A stretch of DNA of 64,000 nucleotides from NCBI RefSeq assembly GCF_009914755.1, contig NC_060927.1; one strand, 5' to 3'. Position 1 is the first letter of the stretch. The number at the start of each line of letters is the position of its first letter. The notes under the pieces are model-generated. The model made no database searches. It was not told the origin of the DNA and saw only the letters and a list, made by a program, of their open reading frames with translations. The translations under genes and the position numbers were made by a program. Shown piece by piece: positions 1 to 13,800 of this stretch. This stretch comes from the human T2T-CHM13v2.0 reference genome, Homo sapiens.

Positions 1-625
1 ATCAGTGTCTCAAAGAGATGTGCACTCCCATGCTTATTGCAGCATTATTCACAATAGCTAAGATATGGAAATAACTTATATGTCTATTGACAAATACATG
101 GATAAAGAAAATATGAATATATATATATATATAAAATTCAGCCTTAAAGAAATCCTGCCATATGTGAGAGCATGAATGAACCTGGATTTTATGCTCAGTG
201 AAAAAAGCCAGGCACAGAAAGGCAAATATTGCATGATCTTATTCATATGTGGAATCTAAAAAGGTTGAACTCATAAAAAGAGTAGAATGGTGGTTATCGG
301 GGGCCCAGAAATGGAGGAAATCAGGAGATGTTGGTCAAAAGGCACAATCTTACAGTTATAAGGTGAAAAAGTTCTGGAGACTGAATGTACAGCACAGTAA
401 CTATAATGAATAATAGCATATCATATACTTGAAATTTGCTAAGAGAGTAGATGGATCATAAATATTCTCACAACATACATACACAAAGAAATGCAAATGC
501 TTGATGTGATAGATATTTAGTGTGTGGTAATCATTTCACATTGTATACATATATGAAAACATCACATGGCATACCTTGAATATATGATTTTTGTCAATTA
601 TACTTCCTTCATAAAGCTGAAAAAT
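1..625 (+). mobile_element. Old LINE-1 3' end (L1MA-type), 5' part outside window
   Basis: ORF2-end and 3'UTR motifs: attgcagcattattcacaatagc, aagttctggaga, gaaatttgctaagagagtagat, tgtcaattatac...ataaagctgaaaaa. Confidence 0.85.
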
Positions 626-1044
626 TATGCCAGAGAAGAGATACCTGAAAACAACATAGTCTGGGGAAAGTGATGAGGGTGACTGAGGACGTTTCTAGGA
701 AGTAGAATACTAAATCGGGAAAACCATTCTACATTTGATGATAAAGTAAAGTGCTAGTAGGGGGCATCTGGATTTCTAGATTTCAACCAGGGACCTGTTA
801 GTCTTAAAAAAAAAAAAAAGAAAAAGAAAAAAGCACCTGTTATGTGCAAAGAATTGAGATGGTTGGCATTGAAAAACACCATCTTTTCTTTTTAAATATA
901 AGTTATCTCTCATCTCTACTCACTATTTTCTCTCCCATTTAAATCTCTCTTTTAAGTGCTCTCTCCATATCTCCGTTTTCTATTTCTTTCTCTGCCATAT
1001 CCCCTAACCCCCACCTCCAAGCTTATCCCTTCCCTAGCTTCTGT

Positions 1045-1225
1045 TGAGATGGTGGTTTCAAGCTGTGTTCCCACACCTCTTGGAATTCTATGGAGTTAAC
1101 TCGGGGCCATTGCTGGTGGAACTCCAAAACTTGTACCTCAGCTTCCACCCTGCCTCTGACTTGCTTTATATGTTGAGGAAGATTTTGTTTGGAGAAATGG
1201 TTCTGGGGTTACAGGAAGTTTAATA
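1045..1225. mobile_element. MER103-like hAT-Charlie MITE remnant
   Basis: gtggtttcaagctgtgttcc ... ctttatatgttgaggaagattttgtttggagaaatggttctg resembles recalled MER103 consensus. Confidence 0.45.
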
Positions 1226-2301
1226 TTATATCCTCAGGGTATTGAGTTGTACTTCATTTCTCATTTTCTTTAACTACTTCATAAATAGTAGAACAGATTG
1301 GACCAGGGTCCTTTTCAAATAAATTTGTCTGTGTATTTTCTTATTTTTTCACAATGGCTCCCTTGAACTGTTTCTCTGTCTTATTATTTTCCCTACTAAT
1401 AGTGCTATTTAAGTGGGAGAATGTGCTGGATAGCTGTTTTTATAATCTTCTGAATTATACAAATCAGAATGGCATTCTTGAATCTTACTTTTTAAAAGAC
1501 ATCACTGACTCGTGTTATGAAGCATTGTATATCAATGGCATACAAGGTTGAAATGGAATAATGTGTGTATTTATATGCTTTTCATGTGTTGTATAAAAGA
1601 CACATCCCATTAGGCTTCACATTCTCTCCCTCTGCTGAGTGGGAGGCAGGTCAGCCTGTCCGGTAGTCCACATCAGAGAGGACATAGAGTCAGAAAGAAG
1701 ATGAAGGAGCAGTAATTCAGTATGTATTAGGCTGCAAAACTCTGCAGCTGCATGATAATTGCACCTCATGCTCTGACCTGCTCCAAGGATTTTGGTAGTT
1801 TGGTGTGGGAGGAAGGGGATCGGAGTGCAAAGAGTAACTATGAATCATTTGTGAGTGAGAAGAGGAAGCCTTCTTCTCCTTTTTTCTTACTTTTGCCAAG
1901 TAATTGAGTCTAATATTAATGGAGCAAGACTGGGGGAGTAGAAGGAAGTGGGTTATAGAAACTTCTTTAAAAAGATTGTTAAGCAAACGGATACAATGCG
2001 GTACATAGTAAATGTCTCTTTGTCATTCTGATGTTGACTTCTTTCAAGCTTGAGTTTCCTTTTAAACTTGTGACCAAACCAAGCTATAACTTTGTATCTT
2101 TCCTTGTAAATTCAATCCTTAGACATTTTTTTCCTTCTCTGAGCCATATTGCATTTATCTGCATTATTTTCATCTTTAACCCTACGTTACCAAATTCCCT
2201 GTAGGCTCTGTTCTTCCCACAGCTTAAATATTCCTCTAAAATAGCTTTGATCCAAATATATTCTGTCATTGTTTCCAAGGATTTTACATTTCCCTTCTTT
2301 T

Positions 2302-2398
2302 TGAGTATACAAAAAGAAAGTATTTGTATTTTATGAGAGAATATTAAATTCGAGTATACGAAAGAAAGTATATATATTTTATGAGAGAATATTGAATT
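2302..2398 (+). repeat. ~49-bp tandem duplication, 2 diverged copies
   Basis: gagtatac..aaagaaagtat..tattttatgagagaatatt(a/g)aatt repeated head to tail. Confidence 0.9.
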
Positions 2399-2879
2399 TG
2401 ACAAACCCATGTGTGTGTGTATGACTCATGGTGGCTTAAGTATTTCTTACAGAGAAATATAATTTCAGTGAGTTCTTTATATTCAAAACCACCCAAATGG
2501 TTACTTTTGGGGATGTAGCCTAAGGAACTCACACAAAATGTGGACTAAACCAAGTGCATAAAGAAGTTTGTTGCAGCAAAATTTCTAAAAGCAAAAAATG
2601 GGAAGTGGGAAGCAACCTAACAACGAAGGGTAATGCGGCTTTCAGTTAAAGGTAATCTACCCAGTGAAATATAGTGAATCCATTAAAATGAGGACTATGA
2701 AGACTGCACAACAACACAAATAAAGCAACATAGAACAGTACCTGTGAGCTGTGATTGCAAGTGAGAAAAAGTATGCTGGGGGAAATATACCCCGGGGGAA
2801 TATGTTAAGATATTAATAATGGTTATGTGGCAGGGAAGACCAGTAATAATAAAACTCCCTCCCTCATCTCCCACATGCT

Positions 2880-3060
2880 GAAAGGCTTCTATGTGCTAGG
2901 AATGACATGAAGTGGTTCCCTAAGCTACCTTTCATACCCCTTTAAATAGAGCTGTAATTATCCCCTCTGGCAAATGAGGAAACTAAGGCTCAGATAAGTT
3001 AGGTGACTTTCCTGAAGTTATAACTTTCTGTAAGTGGCAGATCTGGCCTTCAGAGAGAAG
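2880..3060 (-). mobile_element. MIR SINE
   Basis: MIR core reverse complement: aaatgaggaaactaaggctcaga...aggtgactttcctgaagtt. Confidence 0.8.
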
Positions 3061-3084
3061 TCCAAATGCATTTTAATAAGGGAA

Positions 3085-3200
3085 GTAGTGGAAAGGGAAC
3101 TAAAGTAGTAGTCAAGCCTCCTGGATTCAGATGTCAGTCCTTCCACACATAAATAGTGTGACCTTGATCTATTGTTCCCTGTCAGTAAAATGATGGGGTC
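3085..3200 (+). mobile_element. MIR SINE fragment
   Basis: cctggattcaga...tagtgtgaccttg...gtaaaatg. Confidence 0.6.
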
Positions 3201-3459
3201 TCAAATAGGGTATCCACGTGGACCTCCCGGTGTTGATATTCTGTAGCACCTAGATTTCCAATTTGTCGGAGTGCCTCTTTTACTAAAAAATGAGGTCATT
3301 CCCTGAAATTTGGTTTAATAGTTTTTACTGTAATTTCTCATTTCAGGCACTACACATTTCAACCAGCAATTATGTATTTCATAGAGATAAAAGCATTATT
3401 ATCAAGAGGTAGTATAGTTACTTTGTAAACTGGAGGTGAAGGGACTAAGTGAAATTCAG

Positions 3460-3680
3460 ACCCTTTGTGTTTGTTTGTCTAAATCAAGGAAAGGGAATGT
3501 GTGATGGGTAATGTGATTGATGTAGAGCTTCAGAGCCCTGGCTGCTGCTTGAGTCTGACTCATCAATTCTGGAAAAGATTTCCCATTTAGCTGGGTACAC
3601 AGCCTCATGGCAGACAGCTGCCCGCACAGCTGGGGCACCAACCCTCACTCATCATGTGGAATGCAATAGGAATGGCTCTT
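3460..3680. promoter_or_regulatory. Candidate enhancer: AP-1, TEAD and E-box motif cluster in non-repeat DNA
   Basis: TGACTCA 3556-3562; GGAATG 3494, 3658, 3669; CAGCTG 3615, 3627; motif evidence only. Confidence 0.35.
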
Positions 3681-4689
3681 AGCTGGTAATATTCATGTCC
3701 ATCTGTTTGGATAACATGGAGCCCTTAAGAACATTGGTCAACTCCATCCTCCTGGATCTCCCTCCAATCTCATCCCCCCTGCCTCCCATTCACGCTCAGT
3801 CATGAGTTTTTCCATCTTCCTTTCTACCTGGATGACTAGAGACCTTGCTGGTCTCAACGCAGTCTAAGAAAATTGCCAGTCGTGTAACACAGTTAAAGCA
3901 TATAGCCCTGAAGTCAGGAAAGAGAGGAAGACAACCTATTTCCCAATGTACTCATTTCACATACTAGAAGGCTAAGATTTGGAGAGGTTACATCACTTTG
4001 CAATGTTCATACAGTTAGTCTGCAATAGAGAAAGTGGTCAGTGTTTCAGGCTTAGCACTCTTCTCCCAATATAGTTTTTGAATTTTCTATCAGAGGCCCT
4101 GGAACTAGTGTTAGTGATTAAATACAGTTATCCTCTCAGACATTTTCTAGCATAATCTTGTGAATGAATAGGGCAGAAGATGTCCTTGAACAGAAATGAT
4201 AAGGACAATGTCATTGCTGGAAATTTGCCTATGGGTATAAAAATCACTTGCAGGAGAGAAAAAGTCCCAAGAAAGTGTCAGGGATTGCTAGTTTCTCTAA
4301 ACACCTAGATGAAAGCAGTTCACCCACTGGGTTAAAAGGCACTTTTGGAAAGATTGAGTCTATTATTGAAGACCAGAGGGCCAGGATCTATTTTTTCCCT
4401 CATCCCTTAACTTTTTGTTTCTCATTTCCCAGTCTTTTACATTTGTGTCTTTTTTTCTTCTCATTGCCTTTTTCTTCTACTTCTCATTTGTGTTCCTGTT
4501 CATTTTGCACTGCCTTTTGGGTGGGAAAAAATCATTTTCTATTTGGAGGTTGAGCTAAAAATGAATCTCACATTGCATAGTGTCATGATACTTCCTGTGT
4601 AACACCATTAAACATCCCCTGAGAGCAACATAGGCCTAGGAGCCTCATCACTGATTAATTGCTTCATGCCAATTTTCATGTAGGCTACA

Positions 4690-4845
4690 CTTTGACTTTC
4701 GACATCTCACTTAATTTGTACAATGCCAAGACAAATAATTATTCCCATTTGGCAGGTGAGGGGGATGAGGCTCAGAGATGAAGTTGTGGTCTATGATTGT
4801 GAGATTTATTAACACCGGAGATGGGCTTAGATTCCAGGTTTAGGG
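4690..4845 (-). mobile_element. MIR SINE
   Basis: attattcccatttggcaggtgagg..atgaggctcagaga. Confidence 0.7.
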
Positions 4846-4849
4846 CTCT

Positions 4850-5000
4850 ATATCAAAGTTGTGGTATACACATCACATAGGATCTTGTTAAAATGTAGAT
4901 CAGCATTCATTAGGTCTGGAGCAAGGCTGGAGATTATGCATTTTTAAGAAGCTTCAAGATGATGCTGGTTCTGCTGTACTGTGACACCCTTTGAGTAGAT
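4850..5000. mobile_element. MER5A-like hAT MITE
   Basis: cttgttaaaatgtagat...taggtctggagcaaggctggagattatgcatttttaagaagcttcaagatgatgctg. Confidence 0.75.
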
Positions 5001-5774
5001 GGCTTTATTCCACATCATGTAGTTTCCTATCTTGGAACCTTAAATCCTTGGAAGAAAACTAAGTTGCCAATGTAGTTGTAGATGTTGAATATTGCCTTTC
5101 TCCTGAGCAAATTGGTGAAGACTTATTTTTCTACTTAAGGACATGTAAGAAAATCGCAAAGCATGGTCGTGATGACATAATAGTAATATTTTTCTATACC
5201 CCTCTCCTCTAATTCACTGTGAAGCTCTCAAGAGCAAAGCGGTATGGGGTTTACCATTTGCTTTCTTATACCTAACGGTTGCCTTCTAATGCAGAGGAGC
5301 TTCGTGGAATGGACAGATGAATGCCGTGACAATAAATTGAAACAGTCAGACTCTTTTTCCAAACAGTAGTATCTGGAAGTACCCCAGGTCTTAGAGAAGA
5401 GTCAGATTCCATTTGTAGCAGGGACAAAGTCAGGAGACCAAACAGAATACTCAGTAGGGCAACAGAAGTTAACTGACACTTGCCATCTGTACAGGCCTGT
5501 GTGTTCCCCAAAGCCCTGTGCTTTCTCTGGCAGAAGCTGTCTCCTAGTCTTCTCTTCCATCCTCTGGCCCTTTGCCTGCTACCTTGTCACTATTCTCAGA
5601 AGCCTGTCAATAGTGGAAATACATTTGTCTTTTTGTTGTACTAATGATTCATTTTCAAGCTGGTTCTCCCAGAGTTTTAGGAATAGCTGATATTGCTATG
5701 CATGCAGCTCTTTTGCTGTAAAGATATAGAGGTAAGGTTAATGTGTGTGGGCAATTATTTAATGGACAGTCTGT

Positions 5775-5900
5775 GTTCAACAAACCTAAGTTCTGGACCT
5801 GGTTTTACCACTAACTACTTTTGTCATTTGGTCAAGTCACATACCCTCTCTCAGCCTCCATTTCCTCATCTGAGAAATGGGAATTGGAGTGAGCCAGGTG
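5775..5900 (+). mobile_element. MIR SINE
   Basis: accactaacta...ttggtcaagtcac...ctctcagcctccatttcctcatctgagaaatggg. Confidence 0.8.
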
Positions 5901-6699
5901 ATGGTAAAGTTGCTTTTTACTCCTGCAGGGCAGATTTGTGACTTATAAAACTACCCCTGCTCTAAGTAGTATGAGGGATGAAGCATAGTTTAAATCCTCC
6001 TTGTTTTATTGGATAAAACCCAAGTCCAGATGGTTGGTGTCCCCAGAATAATGTACTCTTTACATCTGAGAATTCAGATTGCCAAGTTACCCCACTATTT
6101 TCATCTCACATTCATGCCCAACAGATTTATTTAAGAGGGAAAGGCTTATATGAAAAATTTCTCAAAATAAGGCCACTTGCTGTAACTTTTCTGGCCATGT
6201 TAATTATTGACTTCAACCTTGTGTGGTTTCAGATGGGACAGCTGTGTATGAATATTAATTTTTCTTTGAGGGCTTTTAAAAATTATTTTCTTCAGTACTT
6301 TTGTTTCCACAACACAATCAAGGGAATTAGTGCTTCTGACAAAATAGCAATTAGATGTGTGGTACATCTCAGCTTGTAAAGTGACATGCAGTTTCTGGAA
6401 ACAGGACATCATTTTAAATGGAATTAGTTTCCTTTGTCATATTATTGATTGAAACAGTTATGATCTCAGCTCTTCCCTCTTTTCAAACAATTACACTTCT
6501 GAATATTTTTCTCACCTTCTTTTGTTTATACCTTTGCAGGTGGCCAAAACATTCTTACTCCTCCATTGCTCTGACATATCTCACGTTACTTACAGATCCT
6601 AATTTTCCCAGGCTTTATTTTAATTTCCACTCTTCACTTCTCTCTCACATGTGGGATTGTTTCTAATAGATCTTTCCATAGTAATTTTTCCAAACTATC

Positions 6700-7120
6700 T
6701 GGTTAAGATATGTGGCCAACAAATCACCTGACGTACAAAGATTCATGGTCTCCTTCCTGCTGAGGGGTGGTTTCCTAGCAAGGACTACACTTGCCAGCAT
6801 CCTTTGCATCAGGCAGCTCATAAGACTGCTTCTGCCCAATGGAACATGAGTGGAGATGGTGTGTACCACTTTCTGAAGAGACTAAGAAACAGGCTTGCCT
6901 TTCCTATGGTCTGTCTTCATTTGCCATCTGAGTGGAGAAGCTTTAAGGACTAAAGGAGGGTGGAGTCACAGAAAAAGAGGGCAGACTTGATACATAAAGG
7001 GTCATGTTGAAGGCCATCAGATACTCCAGTATTGGGCTTTCCTTGAGTAGCAAATAAATTTCTATTATGTTCAGTCATTGAGGTTTCCGTGTTTGTTTTT
7101 CTGCTGTGGCCACTGACATC
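6700..7120 (+). mobile_element. MaLR solo LTR (old MLT1, J/K-like)
   Basis: gactacacttgccagcatcctttgca, tctgcccaatggaacatgagtggag, aaataaatttctattatgttcagtcattgag. Confidence 0.65.
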
Positions 7121-7569
7121 ACGATAGCTGACATAAATATCATCAGAGCTGTATCTTTAATTCCAGGTCTTTGTCTCCTGTTTTCAGGATAATATCTTTT
7201 TACAGTTTACTGATTTATCTGAAGACAGAGAAAATCCATTCACTCCAGTGGCTTAGAGTACTAGTATATGGAGGACGCAAGTAAATCTTGGGTGGTTGGG
7301 ACTTTGTATGGGGAAACCGGCGGGAATAACAGAAGCACAGTGCAAATAATTAAATAGGACAGGATCTTGAGTAGAGTTCACTGGGATGATTTTTTACTTT
7401 GTTATTTATTGATAAAAGCCTAGAGGATTCAATGCTGGTATAATCTTTGGGAAAAGAATTGGATCTTGCTGTTCTCAGTTGTGTCCCATTTCTGCTCAGG
7501 TGGAGAAGGCTGCTGGATAATTTTGGATCTGTGAGGGATGAGTGAGGGGACTGTAGTTGATTTAGAGGA

Positions 7570-7780
7570 GTGTGGTGTATTATGTGGGTACAGCAGAGTG
7601 AAATGCAGAGTTAGGAAAGAGGGAAAAGGTGCAGAGTCTATAGCTCTGCCCCTCTACCTCTGTTATGTTGGTTGGATTACTTAATCTGTACCTCAATTTC
7701 CTTATTTGTAAAATTGATGTAATCATACTCTCCTTGTAGTATAACACAGACCAAATGATAAATTACTTAGGTGCTTGGGT
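7570..7780 (+). mobile_element. MIR SINE
   Basis: ttacttaatctgtacctcaatttccttatttgtaaaattgatgtaatcatac. Confidence 0.7.
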
Positions 7781-8169
7781 CAGATCCTGAAAGAATGTGT
7801 CAAATGTGAGCTATTTTATCAATCTGTTTTTAAACAAAATTGGTACATTACTATAAACTTGTTTCCTGCTGAGTCTCCAGTATCTAAGAAGTGCCTGGCC
7901 CATAGGAGTTCAACAGATAATGGTTTTCTGGAAGAACAAATGTACCATATTTATTCTGTTTTTCTTCTCATGCACCATTATATAGTAATTTTTTACAAGT
8001 TATTTGCAAAACCGTGATTTTAGAATGGCTGCTGTGATCAATATTTAATAAACACATTTAGGGCTTATATATCCAATTGTGAGCTTCCCTTCATTGTCAG
8101 GAGGTAATCACTTTTTCTAAAGATGCTGATGTTGAGTGATACATTTTTGCAATTTCTCGTAGGCTAATA

Positions 8170-8490
8170 TATCTAGAGCCTGCAGCACATTCTTTTGAAC
8201 ACTCACAAGGGTGGCAAATTGTCAACCTTTGCAGGTAAACAAGATTATTGGAAATAGACACAAGTCACTCTCGGCCAAGTTGTTGAATAAGAAGAGTGAT
8301 TTGACTTGATGAAAAAGTAAGGAACCTAATGTTATATAGATTTTAAGATGACTCAGATTCCATAAAGAAAATACTCCACAATTGCACTGAGGAGTCATGT
8401 TGAAACAAATGAGTAGCTATACAGAGTGTCTACTTTGAAAAATGGCTCGTTTGAATGTGAATCTTCAATTTTAAATTATACATTAGTTCG
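8170..8490. mobile_element. MARNA-like (TcMar-Mariner) remnant
   Basis: ttggaaatagacacaagtcactctcggccaagttgttgaataag and gtgtctactttgaa resemble recalled MARNA consensus. Confidence 0.5.
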
Positions 8491-8939
8491 GTGGAAAAAC
8501 ATTCAATTTTAAAGAGGCCATTTCTTGGTTTGACTTTCACAAAGTGTGTCTCCAAAAATAAAAACTCTTGGTTTGGCCTTGCCTACCCCCACTTGTTGCT
8601 GAAGAGCCTGAAGGCAACTCTGTTGAGAGTAGAATATAGAAAGTCTTTATCAATAAGTTCTGGTTTTCAGAAGGTTAAGTGATTAAGAACTGTAGAATAC
8701 TGCTATGTCAAGACTGTCAAGAGATATTTGGATTCCTACCACCCAGTATTTGATATTTGATCCTACAGTGATATTAAAGAGATGGCAAGACCTTTACTTC
8801 CTGGGAGATAAAAACTTAAAAGAGAGAATGCCAACATCATTATCAGTATGTAATGCCCATAATAAATTTTAAGGGTTTGGAGAGAGAGCTGGGCGATGTT
8901 CTCCCATTGTTTGATCCTCACTATCACCTTTAGAGGGTG

Positions 8940-9140
8940 GTAAACATTATTTATATTTTTATAACACTTTACCATTTACAAAGAAATTTCATATACTGTA
9001 TTCTATTTGATCCTCCCAACATGCTAAGTAGGCATGATTATCTCTTATTTTCAGATGAAATAACTGGAGACTGTGGCTTGTCTAAGGTCACTCAACTAAA
9101 CAGTGATAAATCTGGGACATTAAAAATTGACTGACCTAGG
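8940..9140 (-). mobile_element. MIR SINE
   Basis: atttgatcctcccaac...ttttcagatgaaataactg...cttgtctaaggtcac. Confidence 0.8.
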
Positions 9141-11984
9141 ACGCTAAAAGAAGTTTGTGGCAGAATTCTCCTTAATCTATTTTTGAAAAGTCTGAATATC
9201 TGGATTCATTGAGTTTATAAAACTGGCTTCAAATGGTATAAAGTGTTGATTGAACCACATTTAGAAAAAGAAGTAAAAACAAGGGATGGTTTTGCTTTAC
9301 TTGAGTACTAACTTTATCAAAATACAGATTTGTAGATTTGGTAGCCTAAGAAGAGGACTCACTTAAATTTTTTTGTTTTATGATTGATAGAGAGTTAGCA
9401 GTCTTGTGGAGAGTCAATCTTCAAATTTTTTCTCTCTCCGAGTTAGGTATATTTTATTGTATCACCAGATGAAACTAACTTGCTTTTCCACTGAAAATTT
9501 TGGCAAACCAATCTAGAGAACTAAATACTTAAAAATGACATTTATTTGCCATACATTGTTGCCCAGCTGCAAAGAAAATTTCCCCCTGCCACAGACCTTA
9601 TGTTTCAGTTTGTGAAACTGCTGATTAATATTTATGATTATGAGCCATGGTTCCTTTTCTATGTAACTGATCACTACTATTTCTTCTAAGAACATATACA
9701 CAGCCCAATCATTTTGTGGGCATGCAGCATATTTTAAAATGTGAGAAATGGGATAGTATATAATATTTCTCACGGTAGAATAAATGCTATTTTGTTCCAG
9801 GAACCAATAACTTTTCCCACCAAGAAATGATTTTGACTTCCCTTCTCTGTTTTATAAAGCTGATGACAACTGCACTTATTTTATAAGGCCATGTTGTTTT
9901 AAGAATATTATGAGAAAACTTTCTTTGCCTTACTTGTCTTTAGGTGAATATATCATATTTCCAAAGGGGGCTTAAATTGTCTCTGTAATACTTTCTTTCT
10001 TGAAATATAAATCTGAAGCAGATATAGCAAGATGTTGGGATGAGGTAGATCTCATCACAGAGACATGATTGTTATATATTTGATTATTTCATACCTTAAA
10101 AGAGTCACTTTTTTCTACAAAACTATTTTCAAAAGTAATATTAACCTTAACATGCAGAAATTAGAGAAGAGTTTTAAAAATGTGTCATCACCTTAACAAC
10201 CACAGTGATATAATGTGGCAATTCTGATGGTCTAATAATCTGATGCTATGTGTATGTGCACAATTCAATCAAAAATATAAAATTGTATCTCACCTTTTCA
10301 TTTAGCCTATTATAAGCATTTTCTCTTTTTTTGCTTTGTCTTCAGTAACATCCATTTGATTGTTGCATAATAGACTGGTTTTGGTTCCCTGCATCATCCC
10401 CTGGCTGTTCATGAGAGTTTCTGCTTGTTAACTATTACAAGTAATGCTGCCATAGGGACCTATGAATGCAGGTGTCCCCAAATTCATGATTATTTTATTA
10501 TCACCTTTATTCCTTCAAATGGCTTATGGCATAATAAAACGTATTTCTCACTCTGAAGAACTTGTCTAAGCTTCTGCCTTTAGGAGAAAGCCAGGTGTAC
10601 TTGCTGTTCTGTCTAGAAAAGTTCTTCACCTAACTCTGTGGGTATCTGAAAGATGGATTCTGACAACTTTTATTCAGTGCAGAGCACTGTAGAAGTTGGT
10701 GCTTTATATCAAGAAGCCAAAGGTGGCAACGACAGGGATGAAATTACATGCAAAGAAAGCAGTTGACGAGTACTTTATCTACTGGATCTCTTATGACATA
10801 AAAATACAGATTGAGATTGGCACAGAGGCCCTTTTGCCTTTATTTTGCTATACTTCAATTAGATTTTAACATGACAGGATAAGTATTAATTGGGGTGTTT
10901 CCCTGCTCATCCAATCCTCACTCACTTCTTTAATTTATACCCAAAGGACCTCCTAGGAGTCTGTGCCCTCATAGATAGAACTGGGTCGCTCTCTGTAGAA
11001 ACAGAAGCAGAGGTGGACATCAGGAGTGACCATCAGTTTTCACAAAAGGCGCTGGCCCTAAGATTGAGACAGAAACATTTTACTGTATCCTTTAGGCAAA
11101 GTCTTCTGTACCTGAATATGATACACAAGAAGGGGAAGTAATGAGAAGGTGAGAGAATGGAACCTTTGTGGAAAGTCATTGAACCACCTCTGCTTCCACC
11201 CTCACCATTTCCCATGCTAGGAGTTCAGATGTTCCAAAATTAATACCAGGAAGCTGCATAGAACTTTGGGTTTTCCTCCTCCTTGAAAACCCTTGACTGC
11301 CAGAATAGCAGTCAAGCTGCTACTGCACAGTTGAAGTGACACTCCTTTCTGCCCAGACTTTTCTCAGTTTCCCATTTGACTCAACCTGGTATAATCCCCT
11401 TGCTGATGCTTGATGAATTAAGGATGGCATGAAGAAAAAGCTGTGTTACTGAACAAGGTGAGCATTTACTGAATCTCTTTGAAATTGCCCATAGAGCTAG
11501 AACATCAGTAGAAACCAGCATTGCTATTACGTTGGCTGTAACATGTTATTGACTTAGTAAGTTCTAGAAAATATACCAACATGCACAAGTAGGGGTTATT
11601 ATCATATTGATAATAATGCCTGGCTAACAGTAGGCGCTTGATAAAAGTTTCTCAGGTGCATGTGCATGGATGAGTGAAGTCTGTAGTCGTTATATTTTGG
11701 GGGCTTATTGTATTCCTGGATGCTCTAAAAATGGGGATTGATTTTTGTGCTGATACAATCCTACTTTGGGACTCATTCTACTTGATAGCCAATGATGCGC
11801 ATTTACAAGACAGCCTCCCAGGGCAAAGATGGGGACTGAGGAGTACAACAAAGCCAACTGGGCAGCCAGGAGTGAGTCTGTGGTCCTTCAGTTCCATAGT
11901 CTGATCAGGTGAGCTGAATGTGGCTCAACCCACGGTGCATCCTTACAAGCCATTCTCTATGAAGAAGCTCAAGGCACACCTTAA

Positions 11985-12290
11985 ACTATATTTCACATTT
12001 TTCCACTCACCTAATTAAAACTATCTAGTGGTTTTCCAACTCACATGGACTAAAGCCAAAGTCCTCACCACATTCTACAAGTCTATATGATCTGGCTCCT
12101 GCGTATTTCTCTACTCTTACTTCTGCCCACTCACCCTTTCCTTTTCTCTATACCATCCACACGAGCCTTCTGTTTCTTGAGCCAAAATTGCATCCTTGAC
12201 TTATAGCTCTTGTTCTTATTGTTCTTTCTGCATGCCACTGGCTGCCATTGGAAGGTTTTAGGCAAGGGAGTGACATGATTTATTTGATGA
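11985..12290. mobile_element. L2 fragments: + piece 11985-12235 abutting a short - piece 12236-12290
   Basis: aaagccaaagtcctcacc...tgatctggctcctgc (+); ccattggaaggttttaggcaagggagtgacatgat (-). Confidence 0.7.
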
Positions 12291-12834
12291 ATGGATGTAC
12301 AAGTTTGAGTGACTAGTGTTGTCTGAGAGTGATAGAGATGTAGCCCTTCTAACCCTTGTATTGTGATATTTTTTCACTTAAAATACCCCCAAATTACCTT
12401 TTATTAAACCAATCCCTCCAAAGGTGCTTGAGTCTTATAGCTAGAGAGATCTTCCCAGGAAAATGACCCTTACAAAGGGTCCTGATCAAGAGCTCTCTGT
12501 TGAGGGTGGCTGTTCAAGTAGGCTTGGATCATTGTCATTTTGAGTGGAACTTTAAAAACCATTACTCAGAAAACATGCCAGTTGGTAAAGGACTTCTTTT
12601 CAGGAATTGTTCTCCCTCCAACACCTGCACTATATCAAGGTGCTTCTCTAGATAGATGTACCAACATTAAGAAACATGATAGGAGAGAGATTTGAGGATT
12701 CTCAACGGGTCAGGTGCTGAGGGACCACACTAAGTACATTTAGGGTCATTGCCACCCAATAGTTGATTCATTGTTGTGAAGCCCAATATTTGACAGGAAT
12801 AGCCCAAACAAGCTGTGTTTAGGGAAACAATAAG

Positions 12835-13216
12835 TGTCTTAGTCCATTTGTTTTGCTATAAAGAAACACTTGAGACTGGGTAATTTATAAAGAAAAGAGG
12901 TTTATTTGGCTCACAGTTCTGCAGGCTGTACAAGAAGCATAGTGCCAACATCTGCTTCTCGTGAGGGCTTCAGGCTGCTTCTACGCATGGCACAAAGGGA
13001 AGGGGAGCCAGTGTTGTGCAGATATCAATGAAAAGAGAGGGAGCAAGAGAGAGAGGGAGGAGAGGGGGGCGGCAGGTTTTTTTTTTTAACAACTAGTTCT
13101 TGTGGGAACTAAGAGTGAGAACTTACTCCCATGAGAATGACACCAAGCCATTCACAAGGGATCTGCCCCCGTGATCCAAATACCTCTGCCAGGCAAGAGG
13201 GCAAACAAACCATATC
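12835..13216 (-). mobile_element. MSTB-like MaLR solo LTR with an internal deletion near its 5' end
   Basis: tgtcttagtccattt...gagactgggtaatttataaagaaaagaggtttatttggctcacagttctgcaggctgtacaagaagcat...caaaccatatc. Confidence 0.9.
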
Positions 13217-13800
13217 TGCACCATAGCAAAAAGGTTTCCCCTTTTAGCTGGGAATATCTAATTGCTGTGGCACTGATTGCTGAACATAAATAGCTGTTAC
13301 TATCGATAACTGCAGAGGGCTTTATATTTAATTGGTCAGCAGTCAGAGGTAGCTTGATATGGAGAGAGATCTTGTAACTAACTCTCAACCATAATTTCAG
13401 ATACTGGGAAGGATTTTCTCTTCCTGACCCAGCAAAATACTTTGCCTGCCTGCTCAGTGGTTTGGAAAATTATTATTAGAGTAGACAGCTTGATAATGGA
13501 CTCATCCAATGAAATTCTATGGATTGAAAATAATCTAGATTTATATTTAACAGCATAAGAGTAGTTCCAAGATATATTAACTAAGACACAATAGAAAGTA
13601 AAAGTAGATACAGTATGCTCTAAGTTTTATTAAATAATTATAGATAAGCATCTTTTTATATTTTTGAAAGACTACGAAGGAAAGCTTGACTATTACTGAA
13701 ACATTGGAAGGGACATCTCTGGGTCATAGGATTACCTTTACTTTCCTCCATGGGTATATCCTGGTGGGCATTAATGCATAAAAATGGGCATCTGTCTCTC

